DNA of 64,000 nt from an uncultured Alphaproteobacteria bacterium (lineage in GTDB: Bacteria; Pseudomonadota; Alphaproteobacteria; Rhizobiales; Afifellaceae). Shown here in pieces: positions 56,934-64,000 of this stretch. The DNA is taken from NCBI GenBank assembly GCA_963801225.1, contig CAWDED010000001.1, positions 150,371 to 214,370 on the forward strand, read 5' to 3'. Both the position numbers and the translations under genes were made by a program. Under the pieces are notes generated by a model. The model was given only the letters and a program-made list of their open reading frames with translations. It did not search any database and was not told the origin of the DNA. Numbering within the stretch: the stretch's first letter is position 1; each line of letters starts with the position of its first letter.

Positions 56934-57716
56934 GTGAACAGGCCGGACGCAGACGATCCCGAATTTATCAAGTCGCTCGCCAAGGGGCTGGCGGTGATCG
57001 AAGCGTTCGATGCCGGTGCGCCGAACATGACCCTGAGCCGGATTGCCAAGAAGGTCGGCTTGAGTCCCGGTTCCGCACGCCGCGTGTTGGTAACACTCAC
57101 GACGCTCGGATATGTCGGCTACAATGAATCCGACCGGAGCTATCATCTTGCCGCGCGCACCCTGCAGCTGGGCTACTCCTATCTGGCCTCCCTGCCAGCG
57201 CTCAATTTGTTGCGGCCGAGGCTCGCCGAGCTGTCCGACAAGCTCAACGAATCCTGCTCCATCATGATGCTGGACGGCAAGGAAGTCGTCTGCGTCGCCC
57301 GCGCCACGGCCAAACGGCTGCAACGCGACTACATGTCGGTCGGCACGCGCTTCCCTGCTCACGCGTCTTCCACCGGCAAGCTGCTCCTCGGCGCGATGAG
57401 CGAAGAGGAATACAATGCCCTCTACGCTGGCACGACTGTCCTGCCGGAAGTTACGCCGTTCACCGTTCGCGATGTCGGCAAACTCAGGAGCCAGACCAAA
57501 GCCGCCTACGAAAGAGGATGGATGTTCGTCGATCAGGAGACCGCTCTGGGCATGGCGTCCGTTGCGGTGCCACTCAAGGTCGACGGAAAGATCCGCTATG
57601 GATTGTCGACCAGTGCAACGCTCACGCGAGAGAGCTCTACTTTTGTGGAGCATTACCTGCCTGATTTGCTTCAGGCCGCTGATGCCATGGAGAAGCTTCT
57701 CACAGCGCGCGCATGA
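56934..57716 (+). CDS. IclR family transcriptional regulator (PcaR/PcaU-like)
   Basis: GTG start. EFIKSLAKGLAVIEAFDAGAPNMTLSRIAKKVGLSPGSARRVLVTLTTLGYV is followed by an IclR effector domain (SSTGKLLL, ETALGMASVAVPL). Confidence 0.9.
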   Translation: MNRPDADDPEFIKSLAKGLAVIEAFDAGAPNMTLSRIAKKVGLSPGSARRVLVTLTTLGYVGYNESDRSYHLAARTLQLGYSYLASLPALNLLRPRLAELSDKLNESCSIMMLDGKEVVCVARATAKRLQRDYMSVGTRFPAHASSTGKLLLGAMSEEEYNALYAGTTVLPEVTPFTVRDVGKLRSQTKAAYERGWMFVDQETALGMASVAVPLKVDGKIRYGLSTSATLTRESSTFVEHYLPDLLQAADAMEKLLTARA

Positions 57717-57738
57717 CAGCGCGCCCAAAGCGCAAAGT

Positions 57739-58557
57739 TCAATGCCCCCAGATCCTTCCTCCGTCAGCCATCAAGGTCTGACCTGTTATCCACTTGGCAC
57801 GGTCGCTGACCAGAAAGAGGGTTAGCTCTGCCACCTGGGTGCCATCGTCGGCCCAGCCCAGCGGCACCAAGTCCTCGATCAGCTTGTCGAAAGCTTCGTC
57901 ACGCGGCATATCGTCGAGTCGCGACGTGTCGTTGAAGCCGGGGCAGATGGTATTGACCCGAATACTTTCCTTGGCCAACTCCATTGCCATGGTACGGCCA
58001 AGGCCGTTTATGGCCAACTTCGAGCTGGCATATGCGCCCAAACGCGGGCCGGCCGTGCGGGTGGCGACGGTAGAGATGTTGACGATATTGCCGCCCTCTC
58101 CCTGCTTCAGCATCGCGCGCGCAGCTTCCCTGGACATCAGGAACGTGCCGTAGACGTTGACGTCGTAGACCTTCTTAAACACCTCGAAATCGAGGTCGAC
58201 GACCGGCACCCGGTCCCTGCCTCGGCCGAACGCCGCGTTGTTGACCAGGATGTCGAGCCTCCCGTAAGCCTTGAGTGTCTTTCGTATCACTTCTGCCGTC
58301 GAAGCCTCGTTTGAGATATCCGCGACCAAAGGCAGTGCCGTGCCGCCCGCGCCGCGGATCTCATCGGCGACGCTCTCGATATCCCGCCAACCCGCGGCCT
58401 TTTCGTCCTCTGGAAAGCTGTTCGGCGCGCGGCCAGTACCGGTGATTACGACCGACCCACCCGCCGCTGCCAGCGTCGTGGCAATACGCCGGCCGATACT
58501 ACGCATTCGCCCGGCCCCGGTCACGATTGCGACCTTGCCCGTTAGTTCTCCGTCCAC
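57739..58557 (-). CDS. SDR family oxidoreductase
   Basis: Cofactor site TGKVAIVTGAGRMRSIGR, NNAA, and catalytic Ser...YASSK. Confidence 0.9.
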   Translation of the reverse strand: MDGELTGKVAIVTGAGRMRSIGRRIATTLAAAGGSVVITGTGRAPNSFPEDEKAAGWRDIESVADEIRGAGGTALPLVADISNEASTAEVIRKTLKAYGRLDILVNNAAFGRGRDRVPVVDLDFEVFKKVYDVNVYGTFLMSREAARAMLKQGEGGNIVNISTVATRTAGPRLGAYASSKLAINGLGRTMAMELAKESIRVNTICPGFNDTSRLDDMPRDEAFDKLIEDLVPLGWADDGTQVAELTLFLVSDRAKWITGQTLMADGGRIWGH

Positions 58558-58882
58558 TTGCGACCTCTCCCAAGGCTTCCACTGCAGTAATCCATCTAGC
58601 CTGGGCCCCAGCCTAGCAGTTGAGCTGACGAGAAAGCCACACGACGCGCGTCACAGCGGACGAGCGCTACCGCCTTTCCCCCGACACTGTCTGTTTGAAT
58701 TCATGAACCGCAAGCCCCTCGCCCGGAAGCTGCTTGATGGCATCGCGCACAGGCATGGAGCTCGAGCCAGCATCCCTCTCCAGCTGAAGAGCACCATCCA
58801 CGCCGTGCTCGACCGCCACGGCTGTCATTCGGCGTGCAATTTTGACCCCCTGATTGGAGTGGGCCCCTTGGTCCGGACAAGA

Positions 58883-59773
58883 TCAGGCGGCGTCTTTGAC
58901 CGGCGGCCGGGTGTGCTGCTTCTCATACTGTTGAGGGCTGAGGTAGCCAAGCGATGAGTGGAGGCGCTTGGCGTTGTATTTCTCGATGAAGGTCGGGAGC
59001 TGCCCGGCGACGTCCTCTGCGGTCTCGAACTCGAGCGGGTAGACGCCTTCGACCTTCAGGGTCTTCATGAGGCTCTCCATCATTGCATTATCGTACGGAT
59101 TACCGCGCCGTCCCATCGAGCCGACGAGTTTTGCTTGGCGGAGGCAGTCGCGGTACTTCTCGGCGGCGTATTGCGACCCGCGGTCCGTGTGGTGCACGCA
59201 ACCGGCAGGGGGACTGCGCAGCGCGATTGCCTTGTCGAGAGCTGCCAGCGTCAGCCGTGCATCGATCCGGCGGCTTATGGCGAAGCCAATGATCCGTCGG
59301 GACCAGGCATCCATGATGACGGCGACGTAGACGAAGCCGACTGCCACGGCCACGTAGGTCAGGTCGGCGACCCAGAGCTGGTCCGGGCCGTCGACAATCA
59401 TGTCCCTCGTTCTGTTGAGGAAGATCGGCTGGTCGTGGTCGCTGTCGGTGGTCGCAACGTGGCGGCGTCGGCGCCGGGCGTTCAGTCCGTGCTCGCGCAT
59501 CAGCCGCTTCAGCTTCTTGTGGTTCACCACCCAACCCTGCTGGCCGAGCGCCGCCTGCATCCGCCGCCAGCCGTAGGCCTCGAACTCGTCCTTGATGGCG
59601 TGCATCGCCTCGACGAGCGCGGTGTCATCGACTGCTCGCTTCGGCGCGTCGTAGTAGGTGGAACGCGCCATCCCCATCAGACGGCACCCTTCCGCGACGG
59701 AGAGGTTGCGGGGCCTGCTATCACGGACATGGGCGCGCTTGTCGGTCGTGGTCTGAGCCGCTGAGCCCCCTTT
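58883..59773 (-). CDS. IS3-family transposase OrfB / OrfAB C-terminal part (DDE), reached by programmed -1 frameshift
   Basis: The -1 frame is open from the slippery site at 59767-59773 (A_AAG_GGG on the coding strand). DDE triad context is LWVADLTY, HTDRGSQY and YDNAMMES. Confidence 0.85.
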   Translation of the reverse strand, partial: KGGSAAQTTTDKRAHVRDSRPRNLSVAEGCRLMGMARSTYYDAPKRAVDDTALVEAMHAIKDEFEAYGWRRMQAALGQQGWVVNHKKLKRLMREHGLNARRRRRHVATTDSDHDQPIFLNRTRDMIVDGPDQLWVADLTYVAVAVGFVYVAVIMDAWSRRIIGFAISRRIDARLTLAALDKAIALRSPPAGCVHHTDRGSQYAAEKYRDCLRQAKLVGSMGRRGNPYDNAMMESLMKTLKVEGVYPLEFETAEDVAGQLPTFIEKYNAKRLHSSLGYLSPQQYEKQHTRPPVKDAA

Positions 59774-60036
59774 AGAAATTCCAGCTCGAGCGCCTGCTTG
59801 CCGACCAGGCGCTCAAGCGCGGCGATGCGAGCCTCGTAGACCTGAATCAGATCGGCGGCTTGCGCGTCGTCGTCGAACGCCCCCGCCTCGTACTTGTAGA
59901 CCCATATCCGGATGAGGTTCCGGGAGATGTCGTGGCGCTTCGCCAAGCCGTGCAGGGTCTCGCCGGCCAGAAATTCCTGCGCCACCTGCCGCTTGAACTC
60001 AACGCTGTGGGGTCGGTGTCTTGCCATGGCTTCCAT
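59677..60036 (-). CDS. IS3-family transposase OrfA (HTH)
   Basis: RPHSVEFKRQVAQEFLAGETLHGLAKRHDISRNLIRIWVYKYE is followed by a leucine-zipper-like segment. Confidence 0.85.
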   Translation of the reverse strand: MEAMARHRPHSVEFKRQVAQEFLAGETLHGLAKRHDISRNLIRIWVYKYEAGAFDDDAQAADLIQVYEARIAALERLVGKQALELEFLKGAQRLRPRPTSAPMSVIAGPATSPSRKGAV

Positions 60037-60302
60037 CCTTCGAAAGCCCGGCTCACCAGGTCAATTCATTCCGCTCCAATCGTCCGGACCACGGGGCCCA
60101 CTCCACGCCAAAGGCCCAAAAGTGTCAGCCATGTCTCCGGAACGGAATGTCACCTATGTCTCGGGCCGCTCACCACACCGCCCGGCGACGCGCTGTCGCT
60201 TTCGTCGGTCTCACGCGTGAGACGATCGTCGCCGATCGCGGCCGGCTCCGGGCAGGCAGGCCCCGTGGCGCATGTGAGTAGGCGCGGGGCAGCCGATCAT
60301 CC

Positions 60303-60349
60303 TTGACATCGCCGTTCGTCGGATGATAATTATTGACCAGTCAACAATT
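60303..60349 (+). promoter_or_regulatory. consensus-like sigma70 promoter with overlapping 22-bp operator-like palindrome
   Basis: TTGACA (60303-60308), a 16-nt spacer, then GATAAT (60325-60330). AATTATTGAC-CA-GTCAACAATT (60328-60349) has 10-bp arms with one mismatch. It lies ~100 nt upstream of tctC-2. Confidence 0.45.
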
Positions 60350-60449
60350 CTAATTCTGCGTTGGGCATGTCGCAATGCTGATTGCTGCATAAGAACTGCG
60401 ACGAGACGGCAGACCTGCGGTAGTGGGCGGTTCAACAAGGGGGAAACAG

Positions 60450-61406
60450 ATGATAGTACGTCGGTTACGTTTTGTTGCGCTCGCAACGTGCATCGCTGCA
60501 GCTGCCCTTGGTGCGCCGGTCGCCGTGGCTGCGGACTTCCCGACCGACACGGTCCGGGTCATTTCGGCCTTCCCTCCCGGCGGCGGCGTGGACGCCATCG
60601 CTCGATACATCACCAAGTCGGTCAGCGAGAAGCTCGGGCAGGCGTTTGTCGTGGAGGACCGGCCAGGCGCCGGCGGTGGCGTGGCTGCCGCGTATGTCAA
60701 GACGGCGCCCGCCGATGGCTACACGCTCCTGCACACGATCACGAGCACCGTGGCGGTCGAAACGGCGTTCCAGGAGCTGGAATACTCCAAGGACGATTTC
60801 GACTATGTGGCCGGCGTGGTGCAATTCGAGGCGGCGATCGTCGCCCGCGCCGAAGCGCCATGGAAAGACCTCAACGACCTGATCGAAACCGCGAAGAAGG
60901 AAGGTCGACAGGTCACATTCGGCGGACAGACACGCCTTGACCGAATGGTCGTCGACCAGATCAATGCAGTGACGGACGAGGCCATCGCTCTGGTTCCGTT
61001 CCAGGGCGGCCCGGACATCATCGCCGCGGTGCTGGGCGGACATGTCGACACGGGCTGGAGCGGAACGCTGCACGTGCCGCTGATCGCCGCCGGAAAGATG
61101 AAGGCCCTCGCGGTTGTCGGCGACGAGCGTTACGAGAGCTATCCGGACGTCCCGACCCTCGAGGAGCTCGGCTATCCGAACTCCTTCAACCTCATCGACA
61201 TCTTCGCGGTGCCGAAAGGCACGCCGAAAGAGACCATCGACGTCCTTGCCAAGGCAATTCTGGAAGCCGCCCAGGAGCCCGGTTTCCTGGAGCTGTGCAG
61301 CAGATACAACTTCTTCCCGCAGACGCTCGGTCCGGCGGAAACCGCGGCTTTGGTGGACAAGCAGTTCGGTCGCGCAAAGCACGCGCTGGCAGCTATCAAC
61401 AACTAG
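60450..61406 (+). CDS. tctC: tripartite tricarboxylate transporter substrate-binding protein (TctC/Bug family), second copy
   Basis: ATG at 60450 follows AAGGGGGAA. Signal peptide MIVRRLRFVALATCIAAAALGAPVAVA, then DFPTDTVRVISAFPPGGGVDAIAR and LVPFQGGPDIIAAVLGGHVD. Confidence 0.9.
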   Translation: MIVRRLRFVALATCIAAAALGAPVAVAADFPTDTVRVISAFPPGGGVDAIARYITKSVSEKLGQAFVVEDRPGAGGGVAAAYVKTAPADGYTLLHTITSTVAVETAFQELEYSKDDFDYVAGVVQFEAAIVARAEAPWKDLNDLIETAKKEGRQVTFGGQTRLDRMVVDQINAVTDEAIALVPFQGGPDIIAAVLGGHVDTGWSGTLHVPLIAAGKMKALAVVGDERYESYPDVPTLEELGYPNSFNLIDIFAVPKGTPKETIDVLAKAILEAAQEPGFLELCSRYNFFPQTLGPAETAALVDKQFGRAKHALAAINN

Positions 61407-61479
61407 TGGTTCAACTCCAACATTTGCATCCCCGGGCCGCATGCTCATCATGCAAATGTTGGAGTCTATGAACCACTAG
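61403..61479. repeat. CTAG-bounded long imperfect hairpin 1
   Basis: The arms are CTAGTGGTTCAACTCCAACATTTGCAT (61403-61429) and ATGCAAATGTTGGAGTCTATGAACCACTAG (61450-61479). They pair over 27 bp with a 3-nt bulge and a 20-nt GC-rich loop. Arm 1 contains the tctC-2 stop codon. Confidence 0.6.
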
Positions 61480-61492
61480 CAAGTTATTGGTT

Positions 61493-61569
61493 CTAGTGGA
61501 GCTTTGAATTTGACATTGAGAACGGACCTCGACGCAAATGGGACTCAAATGTCAAATTCGCTCCACTAG
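61493..61569. repeat. CTAG-bounded long imperfect hairpin 2
   Basis: The arms are CTAGTGGAGCTTTGAATTTGACATT (61493-61517) and AATGTCAAATTCGCTCCACTAG (61548-61569). They pair over 22 bp with a 3-nt bulge and a 30-nt loop. The termini CTAGTGG and CCACTAG are the same as in hairpin 1. Confidence 0.6.
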
Positions 61570-61754
61570 CGTGAAGACGTTTCCTCCCGCGGCTGCCGGG
61601 TCGCGCTAGCGCCCGGCGGCCTGCGGAGAAAGCGCGGGCGGCGGTGCGCGGGCACCACCGCTCGGAAGGCCGCAGACGGCGCTGCAACGTTGGTATCCCC
61701 CACGCTCTTGCAGCGCCTGCTCCCCGTTCCGTTAAGACAAGAAGGTTTGCGCCG

Positions 61755-63188
61755 ATGCTTATCGATGGCGAGAGTATGGATGCACAGGACGGCGGGCACT
61801 TCGAACGCCACGACCCGGTGACAGGAGAGGTCGCCAGCCGATCGGCGGCGGCCAAGCCGTGCGATGTGGATCTGGCGGTCGAAGCGGCGGCGCGTGCGTT
61901 TCCCATCTGGTCGCAGCAAGGACCGGGACAACGCCGGGCGGTCCTCGCAAAGGCCGCCGACATTCTCGAATCGCGCACCGGCGAGTTCGTGGAGACGGGC
62001 ATCGCCGAGACTGGCGCGACGGCCCCGTGGATCGGCTTCAACGTCGCCTTTGCCGCCTCGATGCTGCGCGAGGCGGCGGCGATGACCACGCAGATCAAGG
62101 GCGAGGTCATCCCGTCCGACAAGCCGGGCAACCTGGCGATGGCGATCCGCCAGCCGGTCGGCGTGCTGGTCGGCATGGCACCGTGGAACGCACCGGTCAT
62201 CCTCGGCACGCGCGCCGTGGCGATGCCGCTCGCCTGCGGCAACACCGTGGTGCTGAAGGCCTCCGAGACCTGCCCGAAGCTGCACAGCATGATCGGCGAA
62301 TGCCTGCAGGAGGCAGGTCTTCCCTCCGGCGCGCTCAATGTCGTCACGCACGCTACGGAGGATGCTCCGGACGTGGTGCGCCGTCTGATCGAACATCCGA
62401 AGGTCAAGCGGATCAACTTCACCGGCTCCACGCGGGTGGGCAAGATCGTCGCCGAGCTGGCGGCCAGGCATCTGAAGCCCGTCCTCCTCGAGCTCGGCGG
62501 AAAGGCCCCGCTGGTCGTCCTCGACGACGCAGACGTCGATGCCGCGGTGAACGCCGCCGCCTTCGGCGCGTTCATGAACCAGGGGCAGATCTGCATGTCG
62601 ACCGAGCGCATCATCGTCGATGAGAAGGTCGCCGACCAGTTCGTCGAGAAGTTTGCGGCGAAAGCGGCCGCCCTGCCCTACGGCAATCCGCGCGACCAAG
62701 TGGTCCTCGGCTCGGTCGTGGACATGAAGACGATCGAGCGGGCGCGCGAGCTGATCGCCGACGCGGTCAAGAAAGGTGCGAAGCTGGTAGCAGGCGGCGC
62801 CGGCAACTCGACGATCATGCCGGCGACGGTGGTCGACCGCGTGACGCCAGCAATGGACCTTTTCCGCGACGAGAGCTTCGCGCCCGTCGTCTGCGTGGTC
62901 CGTGCCCGGGATACGGAGCAGGCCGTCGAGCTGGCCAACGACACGGATTACGGACTGGCGGCTTCCGTTTTCGGCGCGGATGTGCGCCGGGCGCTCGACG
63001 TCGCCCGGCGCATCGAGTCCGGCATCTGCCACATCAACGGCCCCACCGTTCACGACGAGGCCCAGATGCCGTTCGGCGGCATGAAGGCATCCGGCTACGG
63101 TCGTTTCGGTGGCAGCGCCGGCATCGACGCCTTCACGGAGATGCGCTGGATCACTATCGAGGACCCCGGACAACATTATCCCTTTTAG
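61755..63188 (+). CDS. NAD(P)+-dependent aldehyde dehydrogenase
   Basis: 477 aa from ATG 61755. It contains MAPWNAPVILG, the catalytic Glu/Cys context LELGGKAP and NQGQICMSTERIIV, and FGGMKASGYGRFGG. Confidence 0.9.
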   Translation: MLIDGESMDAQDGGHFERHDPVTGEVASRSAAAKPCDVDLAVEAAARAFPIWSQQGPGQRRAVLAKAADILESRTGEFVETGIAETGATAPWIGFNVAFAASMLREAAAMTTQIKGEVIPSDKPGNLAMAIRQPVGVLVGMAPWNAPVILGTRAVAMPLACGNTVVLKASETCPKLHSMIGECLQEAGLPSGALNVVTHATEDAPDVVRRLIEHPKVKRINFTGSTRVGKIVAELAARHLKPVLLELGGKAPLVVLDDADVDAAVNAAAFGAFMNQGQICMSTERIIVDEKVADQFVEKFAAKAAALPYGNPRDQVVLGSVVDMKTIERARELIADAVKKGAKLVAGGAGNSTIMPATVVDRVTPAMDLFRDESFAPVVCVVRARDTEQAVELANDTDYGLAASVFGADVRRALDVARRIESGICHINGPTVHDEAQMPFGGMKASGYGRFGGSAGIDAFTEMRWITIEDPGQHYPF

Positions 63189-63313
63189 GTGTCGCCGCGG
63201 GATCGCATGCTGCGACCGCTGAGGCGAAGCAGACGGGGCGGGCACGATCTCCGGGTTCCACGTCACGCTTCGCAAGATGCTGCCCGCTTGCCGCAGATGA
63301 CGCCGAGTCGCCG

Positions 63314-64000
63314 ATGGAGGGAGTGCTGGCCGAGCTGTTCTCACCGTTGACCTTGCGTTCGGTGGAAATCCCGAACCGCATCGCGATGTCGCCGATGTCC
63401 ATGTATTCGTGCACGGACGGGCTGGCGAACGATTGGCACATCGCCCATCTCGGTAGCCGCGCGAGCGGCGGCGTCGGACTGATCGTCACCGAAGCGACCG
63501 CCGTTGCGCCGGAAGGTCGCATCACGCCGGGAGACCTCGGGCTTTGGTCCGACGCGCACGCGGACGCGCTGAGCCGTGTCACGCGTTTCATTTCCGAACG
63601 CGGCGCCGTGCCCGGCATCCAGCTCGCGCATGCCGGACGGAAGGGCGGACGCACGATCCCATGGCTCGGCAACGAGCCGATCCCCGTGGAAGAATGGGGA
63701 CACCTTGCCGCCCCCAGCCCGATCGCCTTTCGCGAAGGATGGCAAGTGCCCGAAGCGATGAGCGAGGACGCCATACATCGCCTCGTCGCCGATTTCGCGG
63801 CGGCAACGCGGCGGGCGGTCGATGCCGGCTTCAGGCTGGTGGAGGCCCATATCGCGCACGGCTATCTCCTGCACGAGTTCCTGTCCCCCATCACCAATCG
63901 GCGCACCGACGCATACGGCGGAAGCCTGGAGGCGCGCGCGCAGGTTCCGCTGATGGTGGTTCGCGCGATGCGCACCACGCTTCCCGACGCGCTGCCGCTG
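63314..64000 (+). CDS. NADH:flavin oxidoreductase (Old Yellow Enzyme family), 3' end beyond window
   Basis: ATG at 63314, open to the window end: LTLRSVEIPNRIAMSPMSMYSC...GGVGLIVTEATAV...GIQLAHAGRKG...EAHIAHGYLLHEFLSPITNRRTDAYGGS. It is absent from the ORF track because it has no stop. Confidence 0.9.
   Translation, partial: MEGVLAELFSPLTLRSVEIPNRIAMSPMSMYSCTDGLANDWHIAHLGSRASGGVGLIVTEATAVAPEGRITPGDLGLWSDAHADALSRVTRFISERGAVPGIQLAHAGRKGGRTIPWLGNEPIPVEEWGHLAAPSPIAFREGWQVPEAMSEDAIHRLVADFAAATRRAVDAGFRLVEAHIAHGYLLHEFLSPITNRRTDAYGGSLEARAQVPLMVVRAMRTTLPDALPL

Larger units (their letters stand above)
58855..60105 (-). mobile_element. IS3-family insertion sequence (1251 bp)
   Basis: Terminal inverted repeats are TGGAGTGGGCCCCTTGGTCCGGAC (58855-58878) and the reverse complement of 60082-60105 (TGGAGTGGGCCCCGTGGTCCGGAC), matching at 23 of 24 positions with TG...CA ends. 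It has orfA/orfB in 0/-1 frames with the heptamer A_AAG_GGG. The flanking triplets GAT and CGC give no target-site duplication. Confidence 0.85.

Noticed and set aside
57261-57285. Possible second dusA att-like sequence (ATGATGCTGGACGG versus the dusA ATGATGGACTGGACGG)
   Set aside because: The match is short and imperfect and lies inside the IclR coding sequence (CSIMMLDGKE). It is best explained by chance, so the distal island end is probably outside the window.
58675-58848. 57-codon minus-strand ORF (MTAVAVEHGVDGALQLERDAGSSSMPVRDAIKQLPGEGLAVHEF...) next to the IS
   Set aside because: It is too short, has no clear RBS or family signature, and sits in DNA probably truncated by the IS-associated rearrangement. 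I have not reported it as a gene.
61403-61569. The twin hairpins as integron attC sites or as simple rho-independent terminators
   Set aside because: There are no RYYYAAC/GTTRRRY core sites at the ends and no integron integrase nearby. There is no U-tract after either stem, and 22-27-bp bulged stems are atypical for intrinsic terminators.

Overview
High-G+C alphaproteobacterial chromosome segment; gene content and order look Rhizobiales/Hyphomicrobiales-like. No database search was possible, so all family calls come from motifs read in the translations. From 1 to ~45 kb the window is core genome. It holds the cobaltochelatase CobT tail, an amidase, rpmB, a SUV3-like helicase, fdxA, carD and the F1 ATP-synthase operon (atpH-A-G-D, a small membrane ORF, atpC). 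It then holds moaA, two DMT/EamA and one MFS transporter, a Tat-exported CpdB-like nucleotidase and a Moco block fdhD-hicAB-mobA-mobB-moeA. The rest of the core is an amino-acid ABC importer without an ATPase gene, Lrp, a histidine kinase, a CHASE4-PAS-GGDEF-EAL protein, cobT(DMB-PRT)/cobS, a TauE exporter and dusA. At ~45.0 kb a visibly lower-G+C accessory region starts directly at the 5' end of dusA with a decayed tyrosine integrase. It carries two TTT (TctCBA-type) uptake systems, two family-III CoA-transferases, a thiolase plus DUF35 pair, an SDR, an FMN 2-hydroxyacid dehydrogenase, a tartrate/D-malate dehydrogenase, an IclR regulator, an aldehyde dehydrogenase, an OYE flavoenzyme, an IS3-family element and several gene remnants. 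Main caveat: by manual frame tracing I find at least ~40 single-nucleotide indels, mostly 1-nt insertions. They break otherwise perfectly conserved genes, including every F1 atp gene, moaA, mobA, mobB and moeA, and are concentrated between ~13.1 and ~29.8 kb. I read these as sequence or assembly errors rather than biology. Genes are therefore reported as full spans with approximate indel positions (about +/-3 nt). No rRNA, tRNA or CRISPR array was seen. I did not find an unambiguous novel system. The best candidates for follow-up are the dusA-linked catabolic island, a CTAG-bounded twin-hairpin element, and a small membrane ORF embedded in the atp operon.
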